From contig NC_068996.1 in assembly GCF_001194135.2 (NCBI RefSeq), positions 28,880,429-28,944,428 of the forward strand: a DNA stretch of 64,000 nucleotides, in the 5' to 3' direction. Origin of the DNA: Octopus bimaculoides (lineage: Eukaryota). Shown in pieces: positions 39,801 to 54,100 of the stretch. The position numbers were made by a program, and so were the translations under genes. Numbering within the stretch: the first letter of the stretch is position 1; each line of letters starts with the position of its first letter. The notes under the pieces were generated by a model. That model was not told the DNA's origin and did not search any database. It saw nothing but the letters and a program-made list of their open reading frames with translations.

Positions 39801-42800
39801 AGTTATACTCCATGGTAGTGAAACATGGGCTCTGAATGCAGAAGACAAGTGTAGAGTGGAGGGAAATGAAGGTAGTATGCTCCATTGAATGTGCATGTAT
39901 GAGAAAGTGCAAATGTATTGAGAGAAAAGTTGGGAATAAGAGAAATCAGGTGTAGCATGCAAGAGAGAAGACTAGGTTGGTTTGGACATGTGATGCATAT
40001 GAATGAGGACAGCTGCATAAAGAAGTGCCAATCACTGAAAGTGGATGGTACCCGTGGAAGAGGGAAACCCAGGAAGACATGGGATGAAGTGGTAAGGATG
40101 TTAGGATGTTGGGCCTCATGGAGGAAATGACAATGGACGGAGATGTCTGGTGATATGAGGTTCTTGAGAAGACCTGTCAACATCAGCGAAACTGAGTTCT
40201 AGAAGCGCTGTGTCCCCCACCTACACTTAACAAGAAAACTTCACACACACTCTACCCCAACAAACCAAACTACATCTCTTCCTTACATTTCCACTTCATG
40301 CACTATGCTTACCTCCCACTTCCCAATCCTGTCCTCTTGGCCCTGTACCACTGTATCATTGCTATCTGCAAGCCCCCAAATTGTGTGTTCCACTCACATG
40401 TAACAAGAAAACTTTTCACACCCTACCCCAACAAACCAAACTACGTCTCTACATCTCTTCCTTATATTTCCTCCTTCATACACTATGCTTACCTCTCACT
40501 CCCCAATCCTGTCCTCACAGCCGTTTCTCTGTATCATTGCTATCTGGTAGCCTCACCACCACCACCACCACCACCACCAGTACTCTATATATATCCAGGT
40601 TTTCACCACTCCCCCTCTGCACTCTGAAATCACGCTTCTTTGGCAATATCCTGCCATTTATATTATGACCTTCAAACCTCAAGGGTATGCCCCTGGCACT
40701 TGCCAACATCTATATTTCTCTCTGCCTTTACTTGACCATCCCATTTATATTCTGATCCCCGTCCCTTGTGAGTATGTCCAGCACTTTGCCACCATCTCTA
40801 TCCTGCTGTCTTCCATTCTCTCTCTTCTTCTCTTGCACTCTTCCAATGCCCCCTCCCAACTCAAAAGATTTTTGTCTTGCAAGTTACTTGGTGACCCTGA
40901 CAGTGCCAGTGTCACTTAAAAAGCATCCAGTCCGCACTGTAAAGTGGTTGGCATTTGGAAGGGCATCCAGCTGTAAAAACCTTGCAAAATTGACCTCATT
41001 TGTGCTTGTGCCACATAAAAAAGCACTAAGTCCACTCAGCAGGGTGGTTGGTGTTAGGAAGGCCATCCAGTTGTAAAAATCCTACCAAAACAGTCACAGA
41101 AGTCTGCCTGGCCAGTACCTGTCAAATTGTTTCACCCAAGCCAGCATGGAAAGCAGATGTTAAATGATGATGATGATAATTATGATGTATTTACGTATTT
41201 AATATATTCATATCTCTATGTCTGAACTCTTATACTGTATTTATCCGGTGACTTATTCATGGATGTGCACATAACATCCGACTATCAACCTTTATTTTTA
41301 AAACTAAGGATAATAGCATTCTTATCTAGTAAGCCACTAACACCATGTAAAATAGTCAATAAAATTAAAGGATAAGAATTGCATCATTACCTTTGAAAAT
41401 TTCAGACAATCTTTTTCATTTTCATCATTAATATCAAAGTCATACAAGGCCTTCACTTGGGGCACAGATGAATTAAAATTATTAACCACCTAAATGTTGT
41501 AGAAACAAAAAACATATATAAAATTACATAGTAAAATAAAATTTTTATATTATAAACAGAGCACATGGCAAAGAAATATTCTCTCAGCAAGCTATGTGAT
41601 GCAATGTAACCATAATGAATTCAAGTAGTAGGTCTAGAAATAGGTTTCATCTCACCCTCTCAAAAGGGTGCTATCATGCGAAGTATAAATATAAAATAAC
41701 ACAATAAAATATATACAAAATATGATTTTAGAGAGTAATATATATTCTAATATGTTAAGAAATGATCATTTATTATGGAACATTCATTTCAGTAATATAT
41801 CCTATCCATCCACTGCTCAAGTATACTAGAAATAGCAGCCAAGTCTCAAATTACACTCAGATGTATTTAAGAAAGAAATGATAGATGAGATAAAAGAATC
41901 CCAGATATACAAAAGGATCATGATCATGTTGAAAACATCTTTGATCAAGGGTATGCTCAATCAGGACTATCTAGAAGCTAAGTAGCAACACTATCACCAG
42001 AGAAAGACATGCTGGATAATTCAGTCTGGGAAACTACATTTGAATAACAGATGGATTGGTTACAGCTGGAACATTTATGACTGAAGTTCTGCTTGGTAAG
42101 GGCTTGTGTGGAGCAAAACAATAAAAACAACATGATACACAAGAAAGGAATTCTTAAAGGTAACTCAACTAACCTGGACGTAACTGGATGGAAAATAGCC
42201 TTCTTGACCATCAAGTTTCCCATGGTACCAATTTTGATCAACTTGGTGGCAAATTGTAATTATATCACCCTTTTTAAATGACAAGTCTCTGAAAAAAGAA
42301 AAGAAAACAAAAAAATTCAAAATTAAAAAAATCATTTAAATGATTGATAAATATGGTTAAGAATTTCATTTAGCCATCATGAGAACACTAACACGATCCC
42401 ACTGGGCAGAAAATTGGTCATGCTTCTTCAACTAAAATTTTGGATGGACTGCAACTTCAGTTTGGCAGCCCGACTGATAGTGACATGCTAGAAATAAACT
42501 TCTTGGTACACAGCCATGCACACATATACACTTGTTCACACACATGATGATGGTGATGATAATTCTTTGTATAATCCAAACAATAAGAAGACAAAGAAAT
42601 TCTTTAACACATTTTTAATGATTTGCTACAATTGTTTCTGTACCAACTCTACTTGCAATGCCAGTTTACACAAAAATTTGAAGTGAAAATTTATGTAATG
42701 TTTGCAGTTCTAGACATTAGAGCAGCACTTCATGAGACTTGCATCAAAGCTGTCACATTGTGTGTCTTCCAGATACTGATTTTTTGGTTTATATGAGGAG

Positions 42801-44377
42801 GAAACAGAAAGTAAATAAAAGTGTGGTTATGGGATGAGTAAGTAGAGTAGAGATCATGGCAGTCAGGGAATGAGGAGGAGGAAGAGATGAGGAAGAAGAA
42901 GCAACAGCTAATAACATTAAAAAATTAGGTAACGCCATATATAGCAAATGACTTTGTCTGGATTTAGGTTTTCATAGTGGTCGGTCAGTAAAACTATGTC
43001 ACTGGCACCAAATTTCATTTGATGTGTGAAAATTTATTTGACAAGACATTCACCAGCAACAATGGAAAGTGAAAAAGCAATTCAACTGATAACTGACAAT
43101 TGTTCAGGAATAAAAAAAATAATGAGGATACATGTGATGCTTGTGGTGGGGAAGTAATGTGGTAAGTGGTAGGATGATATAAATCACCTACTAGCTATCA
43201 TACCTATTCTGTGACCTTAGAGTGTGTATGCAAGGGAAAAGAAATGCAAAAAATGAAAAAGAGGGGGAAAACTAATAGCAGTAGGTGTGCCCTAAAAAGT
43301 TAAAGCAGAGAGAATTCAGAGTTTAATTGAAAAGTGGTCAGGAGAATTATAAACTATGTTAGCTTGAACAAATATGGCTTAGGTGAATTGAAGATATATA
43401 AATGAATAGAGAAAATATATAGAAACCAAATATAGAAACTATGAATAAATAAATAAATAAGATGTATAGATTGAGAATTAATACTTAACAAGTAATACAT
43501 AAATAACAGCTCTATGAAGGAGACTGAGATTAAAAGGGATTAGGGTTAATATATAGTGTATTTCATTTGTATTATCATATTTGGATTATAACTTACTCTT
43601 TGCCAAATCTACATTATGGTGAGACCATTGTGAAACCAAGATTTTCTACACTTGAAGAATTCCAGGATTGGTCTGGAACTCAACAGTGTTGATAGCCCAG
43701 TATTTGGGTTGAGTGCTTCTCTGGATATATCCTACCTTTATACCTTATAAGGACCTAAGATATAATTCTTTTTATTATTTTATAATTGGTTCTCGAAAAG
43801 AAACAGTCAATCCAGAAAGGATTTTCAATCCAATATTTACATCCTATTATTTATAGCTTCATAGGTACTTTGAGAACTAATTAAAAAGAAAGAAAAAGAA
43901 GAAGAATTATTGAAGAACTGCCACTCTAATGCTGAAGGCTGCTGCATATATTACATAAATTTTCACATGGAACTTTTGCATGAACTGACATGGATAACAA
44001 AGTTGGTAATAAAACAATTGTAACTGGTCATTAAAAATATGAAAAACACTTTCTTTTGACTACCATCATTTAGTGTCCATTTTGTACAGATTTGATGGAG
44101 CTGGAAAGCCAGAAGCCTGGACCAGGCTCCACTTGTCTGTTTTGGTATGGTTTCTACAGCTGGATGCTGTTCTTGCATGTTGTTTTTGGGTGGTTTAGCA
44201 CAAGTGCTTTTTATGTGGTACCAGTACCTGCTAGGTCACCAAGTAGTTTGTAAGACAAGAATGCCTCAGCTGAAAGAGGGAGAGGAACCGAGAGAAATAG
44301 CTGTTGCCAGGGACAGGGATAGTTGTCTTATTATAGAGGAGATACTTGGCTACACCAGTAGGACAACAAAGTGGAAG

Positions 44378-44418
<41 letters not shown>

Positions 44419-44864
44419 CTTACTCACAGCAAATGGGGGTGGGGGAGTATAAGTAGCACAGATGAAATAGGGTGTGAGGGGGAGATATTTAGAGATAGCA
44501 AATGCAGTTGAGAGGAACCGGAGGAGCCTGCAGTGGGTAGTGAGGTTTTGGGGGAAATGGGCTGTGGGTGAGTTTTGCTAGAGGACAGAATTGTGTGTGA
44601 TGGGGAAGGGGTTGGGTGTTATGACTACAAAAGATACACCAACACCAATTTACATGCACACACACACACACATATATATATATAACTGCACACACACACA
44701 CACATGCACAGAGATATGACTGTGCTATTAACAAGTGTTTTCTACTAGAGCCACAGGCTGAAAAATGATGTATGAATGAATTTGACAGCTGGNNNNNNNN
44801 NNNNNNNNNNNNNNNNNNNNNNNNNNNNNNNNNNNNNNNNNNNNNNNNNNNNNNNNNNNNGTTC

Positions 44865-44925
<61 letters not shown>

Positions 44926-45706
44926 CTTGGGGCAGTTTTCTACCTGGCTGGTCCCTATCAACTGTCTTACCCATGCATGCATGGAAGACAGACATTTAAC
45001 AATGATGATGTGCTTGCATGAAAAATCGCTGAGCTACAGATGGTGTTGTCTGTAATCATTTTTGTCACAAAAACAATTAGCCATTGCTTTGCACTTTCAA
45101 AAATAAGTGGACTGAAAAAACCCTTTCTTGATAAATAGGTAAGGGTTAGTAGCGCTAAGGTCACTATAGCTCAGTAGTTTTGTAAACTTTCACATGCACA
45201 CTCACTTATACAAATGTACATATATGTGTGTATATTATTTGAGACACAATATATGTTTTTGTGTGCTGCTAATAGTTTCTTGTGCTAAGAACATGCCAAA
45301 TAATGAATTATAACATGTGTAACATCTTCACACAGTCATCAGACACAAACCACATAGCATAATGAACTGAAAACTGAATGAGAGAAGAAACATGAAAAGT
45401 TCCACTGTGCAGAACTTCGGCCAAAGGCTTTCTACTAGAGCCACAAGCTGAAAAATGATGTATGAATGAATTTGATACCTGGAAACTGTACAAAGCTCAT
45501 TGTGTGTGTGTGTGTTTATTTATAGATATAGATAAGTCTAGGAGTGGCTGTGTGGTAAGTAGCTTGCTTACCAACCACATGGTTCTGGGTTCAGTCCCAC
45601 TGCGTGGCACCTTGGGCAAGTGTCTTCTACTATAGCCTCGGGCCAACCAAAAGCCTTGTGAGTGGATTTGGTAGACGGAAACTGAAAGAAGCCTGTTGTA
45701 TATATG

Positions 45707-45743
<37 letters not shown>

Positions 45744-46331
45744 TTGTGTGTCTGTGTTTGTCCCCACAACATCGCTTGACAACCGATGCTGGTGTGTTTA
45801 TGTCCCCGTAACTTAGCGGTTCGGCAAAAGAGACCGATAGAATAAGTACTAGGCTTACAAAAGAATAAGTCCTGGGGTCGATTTTCTCGACTAAAGGCGG
45901 TGCTCCAGCATGGCCACAGTCAAATGACTGAAACAAGTAAAAGAGTATACATTCACAAACGTGTGTGTATACATATAGCACTAATAAAATAAGATTATGA
46001 GGCAAGAAGTAGACAAAAAATATGAAAAAGGGCTACTAAAAGTTTCAGGCTGTAGAGATACAATAATTTGGCAGATTTATATAACATGCCATGTGTCTCT
46101 AAATAATCTTTCAGGCTTAGTGCATATTGTTAGACCTATTTGAAAACCAGGATGCTGGTCCATGAGAAAACAGGAGAAAAAAATAAAGAAATACACGAAG
46201 AAGGTTGACGTAAAGAGGATGAAGATCTTGGTTTTTCCTTTTTTTCCTTCTTCTTGTTCCATCTATACATACACATATTTATATTCATGTGCGTGCACAC
46301 ACACATACATATCCATCATCAACTAACATCA

Positions 46332-46377
<46 letters not shown>

Positions 46378-46768
46378 ACGTTGACCACTCACGTGGACAT
46401 TTAATGTGCTAGAAATAGATCAGTGATCTATTTCTAGCACATTAAATGTCCACGTGAGTGGTCNNNNNNNNNNNNNNNNNNNNNNNNNNNNNNNNNNNNN
46501 NNNNNNNNNNNNNNNNNNNNNNNNNNNNNNNNNNNNNNNNNNNNNNNNNNNNNNNNNNNNNNNNNNNNNNNNNNNNNNNNNNNNNNNNNNNNNNNNNNNN
46601 NNNNNNNNNNNNNNNNNGGTCAACGTTATATATAAAAATATACTTTAATCCCCTGAGATCGCAGATATTGTTTCTGAATCTCTTTGATTCTTTAAATGTG
46701 CTAGCTTCCTGGTAATAAATCGATATTAATTAATATGTGATTTTTTTACCATACATACATACACACAT

Positions 46769-46847
<79 letters not shown>

Positions 46848-49800
46848 TTTATATATATATATATATATATATATAGGTGCAGGCATGGCTGTGTGGTAAG
46901 AGGCTTGCTTCCCAACCACATGGCTCCAGGTTCAGTCCCACTGTGTGACACATTCGGCAGTGTCAACCAAAGCTTTGTGAGAGGATTTGGTATACAGAAA
47001 CTGAAAGAAGCACATTGTATACATAAATATATGCATATATGTATGTGTGTGTGTCTTTGCGCCTGTGTTTGTGTCCCAGCACTGCTTGACAACAGGTGTT
47101 AGTGTGTTTAAGTCTCTGTAACTAAGCACTTCAGCAAGAGACCGATAGAATGAGTACTAGGCTTTAAAAAATAAGCCCTGGGGTCGATTTGTTTGACTAA
47201 AACTGTTCAAGGTAGTGCCCCAGCATGGCCACAGATAAATGACTGAAACAAGTAAAGATAAAAGATATATATATACACACACAAGGTATGGTGTATGAAT
47301 TTGCCAGCCTATTGTGTTCTCACAGCATTTTACACATGAAACTAATAGTAGCTCGTATTTAAGCTACTGTCTATATTAAATGATATTTACCTTTTTTTGT
47401 TGATCCCACTAACATTGAAACAGTAACACACACACACATATACATCTATAAATATACACATATCTTTTACCTTACACTTGTTTCTGTCATTGGACTGCAG
47501 TCATGTTGGGGCACTGCTTTGAAGGGCTCAGTTGACTAAATTGACCCCAGTAGTTACTTTTTAAGAACGGAACTTATTCAGTCTCTTTTTGCCAACCAAA
47601 GTTGCAGGGACATAAAGACGCCTACATATATACATATATCTCATGATTTTAATTCAGCAGTCATCACAATTGTCTGATGAATGGGAATGTGAAACTCTGA
47701 GTAACAGTCTTGTGAAGATAACAGTGGGATAGAGATAGATGTCTTGCTATAGAGGAGATACGTCGCTTCCCATATAGGAATAGAAAGGAGAGATAGAGTT
47801 AGAGAGAAAGATGGAAACAAACAGTGAAGGAGACAGAAACAGAAATACATGGTGTTGGAGATGCATGGGGAGATGCAAGGTATAGTGGAATGTTCCTTAA
47901 GAGTGCAAAGGGGAGATGTTGAGAGAATGGGAAGAGGTAATTGAAGCAAGTGATAGCAAGAAATATTGGAGTGGCTGAGAATGGAGGTATGGCAGATATA
48001 TGAGGACATATGGAGTGTGAAGGAGAGTGGAGAGACCCGCAACAGGTGGTGATCATGGATGGGGTAAGGGGTGTTGGGAAGAACAGTCGTGGGGAAACTT
48101 TGACAGGAGACAGATTGTGTATGGGTGTATGTGTGTGTGTGTGTGGGGTGTGTGCATGGTTGTAAAAGAATGCCTGTATGTATGGCCATGATTTTACTTA
48201 GCTTGATATGTAGTTTCAAGCACAGCAAATTGCCAGATGTCAGGGTCCCTTGTCATCTCCTATATAAATATATATAAAATGTTATAATAAAAACCATGAT
48301 TCTTGTTACATACAGGTACCCAGGGTTTCCTGGTCAAAACAATTAATTTATTTCATCATTTTTCAAACTGATAACAAAACCGTATGTAACAATTGTGATT
48401 TTATTATTATTATTATTTAAGGTGGTGAACTGGCAGAATCGTTAGCACACTGGATAAAATGCTTAGCAGTATTTCACCTGTCACTACATTCTGAGTTCAA
48501 ATTCTGCTGAGGTCAATTTTGCCTTTCATCTTTTCGGGGTAGATTAAATAAGTACCAGTTACGCACTGAGGTTGATGTAATCAACTTAATCCCTTCTCTC
48601 AAATTTGTGGCCTTGTGCTTCAAGTAGAAAGGATTATAACTTTATCTCTACTCTCTTAGCTGATTGAATGCTATTCTATTTGTTGGAGTTGTACCACGTA
48701 GTTATATATACATATATATATATATATATATACAAACACACACACCACACACACTTAACTAATAGTCATGTTTTCTTTGCATTTAGAAATGGATTGGCTT
48801 TGGGAGCAGCATTCTCAAGTGATGTTAAAGCATGATCATCAAGGCAAATGATGTCACCTGTCAATGTATTCCAATGATGTTACACAGTTCAAGAGATGGT
48901 TAGTGATTCCAAGTATGTTAGGTCCTATGTTGCTGACAGTAAGATTGGCATTCTTATAAACAATTGAGTAACCTGGAATGCCTATAAATAGCTTCAAAAT
49001 TCAGTATCAATCAAATATTTCAAAGTGAACATAGTTTGTCTTACTCAGGGCATGTGTAGAGTGCACTTATAGAGCTGAAACCTAAACAATGAAGAAAAAG
49101 CTTCAAGATCACCTTGATGGTAAGTCAAGGTACCGTGATGGATGACAGCTTGAAACATCACATAGCATGATCATAAGATCAAACAGAAGATTTATGGACA
49201 CATTCCATCTATCTTGACTTTTACTACTCAATCCAGGTAAGTTTTGCAAACCACAACTATGTCATGCTAAGAAACATGCCATATTGGATGCTATATTTTG
49301 GACACTTGTACACTCAAATAGAGGAAGAATATTACTCAACTACAGAGCCTCACAACATGAAACAGAGATTCTTGGCACAACATTGTGAGAGGCATTTTGG
49401 TTGCAGATACTTGTACAAGATGAATACAGAGAAGTAACACTTCTTTTTCAATGTAAATACATGCCAAGCCTAATACAGTGAAGGATGAAGATGATGGAAA
49501 TTAAAGAGTGGGAAAGAGGATGAGGGAAAGGGAAAGTGAGAGAAAGAGACAGTGTGGAATGTCAACAGGTTACAATCCAAATACATTTGTTTCCTGGAAC
49601 TAGAACATCTGTCAACAGATTACAAGTCAAACATAAACACTCGCTCACTTTGTCTTTCAGCGCTATAAACATCTGTCAACACATTATACTTCACATACAA
49701 ATATACAGAGTTATGTTGACATCTTACACACACATAAACACACAAGCGCCTAAATAAATCTATTAACAGATTACACACAACACTCACTAACACAAGCATA

Positions 49801-50734
49801 CACACACACACAAATACAAACCTATGTAAATATATTATACATTTATAAGTCTCACCACCCACAAAACTCTTTAATGAATATCTGAATCACAAACGAAGGC
49901 CAAAGAAGCCTATATTTAGGTTGTTTTGCTTCAAAAGGGTTCATACACCCCTCCATACCCACCCTACACATCTTGGAAAATTGTTATTTGACCAATGTAA
50001 GTTTGATGGTGACATATGTGGAATGCAGGAATTCCATTTTACAAATTATTTTTAAGTTTAAAAACTCAAATGATGAATGAAAGCTTTGCACATAAAAAAA
50101 AGGAAAATATAGATTAAATAATGAAACAAAAATATCATTAAAACAAGCAGCAATTATTTCCAATATTGAGAGAGAGAGAGGGGAAGGGAAGAGAAAGAGG
50201 AGAAAAAATTTGTGACTGTGAGAATTCAATATTGCTGAATACTGCTTGTATGTATAGTGCTTACATGTTTGACTTAAGACAATGTATTTTAGATTGAGAA
50301 GTGATTCAATGGTTAAGAAGTTCATTTTGCAATCATGAGGTCTTTGGTTTGATTCCATTGTATGGAATCTTAGGCATGTGTTTTTTTTACCATAGCCTAA
50401 GGTTGAACTAAGCCTTTATATGAGGAACTGGTCTCCTAATCCCCCCAACTGTAATCACATAGATTACTACATGTGGAATGACTTGAGAAAGATACCAACC
50501 ACTCTACCTGCAACACCGAAGCCGAGCAGTGGCCAAGATGAAGAAGATCATCCCTGGGATACAGTGAGGAATGCATGTACAAGGTGCTAGATCTGTCTTG
50601 AGCAGCTACTTTAAGTAAACTGTTACCTCCTACTAGTTGATAATTTTTTGATTTTTTAAAATACTTTTATTTTTAGATGAGATAAACGATCAAATTTAGG
50701 TTGAACATACTGTATGTATGTTTGTATGTATACA

Positions 50735-50765
<31 letters not shown>

Positions 50766-51101
50766 GATACAGGGATGGCTGTGATTTAGGAGCTCACTTT
50801 GCAACCATGTTGTTTCAGGTTCAGTCCCATTGTATGGCACCTTGGGTAAGCATCTTCTACTAAAGCCCCAGGCCAACCAATGTCTTGTGAGTAAAGTTAG
50901 TAGATAATAACTATGTGGAAGCCTGTCATATATACAGGATACAATGGGTAAATTGTTGACAACACAGTATAGTAGGGTTGGTTGGGCACCGTGTGTGAGA
51001 AAAACAACACCATGATGAACGTTGGATGCCATCAGTTCCTCCTGGCCAAAGCTCCATTCACTTTGGTGAGTGGAAAAAGCAACTCCTTGTAGGTGTTCTT
51101 A

Positions 51102-51140
<39 letters not shown>

Positions 51141-54100
51141 NNNNNNNNNNATAGAAATAAATTGTTAATCATAATTGAACCATATTCGATGACTGGTACC
51201 TGCACCAGTGGAGCACTAACAGCACTGTCGATCATGATCATTGCCAGAGCAGCTGTCTGGCTTCCGTGCTAGTGGCATGCAAATAGCACCATTTGAGCGT
51301 AATCGTTACCAGCGTTGCCTTCTAGCACTTGTGCTGGAGGCACGTTAGAAAATCATTTGAGCGAGGTCATTGCCAGTGACACCGGACTGGCTCCCGTGCA
51401 GGTGGCAAGTAAAAAACACCTTTTTGAGCGTGGCTGTTGCTAGTACCTCCTGACTGGCCCTCGTGCCGGTGGCACATATAAGCACCCACTACACTCTCGG
51501 AGTGGTTGGCGTTAGGAAGGGCATCCAGCTGTAGAAACTCTGCCAGATCAGATTGGAGCCTGGTGTAGCCTTCTTGCATGCCAGTCCTCAGTCAAATCGT
51601 CCAACCCATGCTAGCATGGAAAGCGGACGTTAAACGATGATGATGATGATGATGATGATAAAGATGATGAATAAACAATAATTTTAGTTGCCAATCAAAG
51701 CATGAACTGTGCAGGCAAATTTAAAAAGATATTTAAAAATGGCGGTGCCCCAGCATGGCCACAGCTTGTGAGCTGAAACTGTTTCAATTCAATTCAATAT
51801 GATGGTACTGGAAACCATCAGCTTTGCTAGAAATAGGAATCACATGAACTCCAAAGCCACAGAAAGCACACTAGAAAACAAGCATGGCATAATTGAGTGG
51901 TGAAAAATTTAAGCTCTTACCTTTGTGAGAGCCACAGAGGAAATGGCAGATAACTTAATATCGGTTTCGGGCTTTGTACTAGGCAGTACTCATCTCTCTT
52001 CAGTTAAGTTTACTGTGAAAAATGCTAAGATTAAAAATATCCACCTCACCATACTTCCTTGTTCATATGAAGGCCCAAGGCACATTCATAGACGAACCAA
52101 GTGAATAATTTATAAATATAGAAATAAATTATTATTAAAAATAGATAATAATTTCAGTGGCCAATCAAAGCATGAACTATGCAGGCAAAACCCGAAATTG
52201 GTATTAAGTTATCTGCCATTTCCTCTGTGGCCCACACAAAAGTAAGAGCTTAAATTTTTATTCACCACATGATTTCACCATGCTTGTTTTCCAGCGAGCT
52301 TTCTGTGGCTTTAGAGTTCATTTGATTCCTATTTCTAGCAAAGCTAATAGTTTCCAGTACCCTCATATATATTTTTAAAAACTTGTCAGCATAGTTCATG
52401 CTTTGATTGGCCATTAAAATTATTATTTATTGTTAATAATAATTTAATTCTATATTCGTAAATTATTCACTTGGTTCGTCTATGAATGTGCCTTGGGCCT
52501 TCATGTGAACAAACAATCATGGTGAGGTGGATATTTTTAATTTTAGCATTTTTCACGGTAAACTTAACTGAAGAGAGATGAGTACTGCCTAGTACAAAGC
52601 CTGAAATCGATATTAAGTTATCTGCCATTTTCTCTGTGGCTCTCACAAAGGTAAGAGCTTAAATTTTTATTCACCATGCTTGTTTTCCAGTAAGCTTTCT
52701 GTGGCTTTGAAATTCATTTGACTCCTATATTTAGCAAAGCTGATGGTTTCCAGTACCATCATATACATAAGTATATATATATCTACAAACACACAAATTT
52801 TTGTATCCTTTCCTCACAGTTACAAGAGGCATTCATTAAAGATTTCCCCTGACCCACTTCCCAAGCACTGGGATAAATAAACTTGGCACAATTATTAGTC
52901 CTTCTCCACATAGCCACAGTATGCTTTCATCTGGGCAACATGCACATTATGAACTGGGGCATTGGCTTGGAAGAGGTGACTCCTTTTGTCAGCGTGCCAC
53001 ATCTCTCTGCTTTGATGGCGTCCTGCTATTTTTGCAGCAGAGAAGCATAATATCCCCTGTTAATTGTGGTGCCCTTTGCCAGAAAATCCATCATCACCAC
53101 TCTGCGCTGGTCCTAAATGACTGTGAGCATCACCTTGCCTGCTAAGGGTTGGAGATGGTGAGTTACCAGGTTTCCATTGTTTCAACTGGACTTTAGTTTC
53201 AGGATCATGTTTCATACTGTGTAATAAATCTGCCAAAGAAGTCCTTCTCGTTTTCTGGCACATTTCCAAAAGAGCCTGGGAGCAATTGACTTATTCCTGC
53301 TTCTGAGAAGGCGTGAGCATCCGGGAAATTCATTGTGCAAATGGTCATGAATGATTTTTTCCATAGACCCTACACTTATCTTCACCTCTTGGGGTTAATT
53401 ACTGAATAGTTATGCGGTGATCTTCCAAAATGGCAGCTTCCACTTTATGGATGGTGTCATCATCAATGGCAGAATGTGGTCATCCAGGAATAGGAGCAGT
53501 TTCCACTGATGTCTGACCACATTTGAACTGGCAATTCCAGTACTTGACTATGTCGTATGATGATGCATCATCACTGTAAACTTTTTTCATCTCACTGAAA
53601 GTCTCTTTTGGTGTACAACCTATCAAGTATAAGAACCTGATCACTGATCTGCATTCAACTACTTCCATCATAACACCTTAGTCCACTTTAGTAGCCATAA
53701 AAGACAACTGAATACTAGTGGAAAGCTGCAATTTACAATGTGACATGTAGAGAGATGTATGATTATACCTGTGCAAGTTCTGTTTCCTGCAATAACTGGA
53801 AGTTGGGCAGGGGAAATCTTTAATGAACATCCCTTGTAGATACTTTTTTGTGGCTTTTATTAGTCCATGGTTGGCCTTTACCATTTTATCAGTATGCCCC
53901 AATAATTTATCTAAATTAGCTTTCTAGAACATTTACACTATCAGTTCTTTGTCTCCCACTATCCTTTGACATCGTTGGGTAAAGGAATACTTTGGGCAAC
54001 CTGCCCTCTACTACTTTCATTGGTCATTTAATTTTGAGTTTCTACTTTCATGCTGTGGCTAGTTTAATAATTCATTTGCTCATCTTCACATGATAATGTA

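Noticed and set aside
44741-45500. ~60-bp diverged direct repeat (44741-44792 vs 45431-45482)
   Set aside because: Small local duplication next to a gap, with no further structure.
45540-45610. tRNA-like sequence with A/B boxes (and similar heads elsewhere)
   Set aside because: No complete cloverleaf; always fused to the same SINE body, so these are SINE heads, not tRNA genes.
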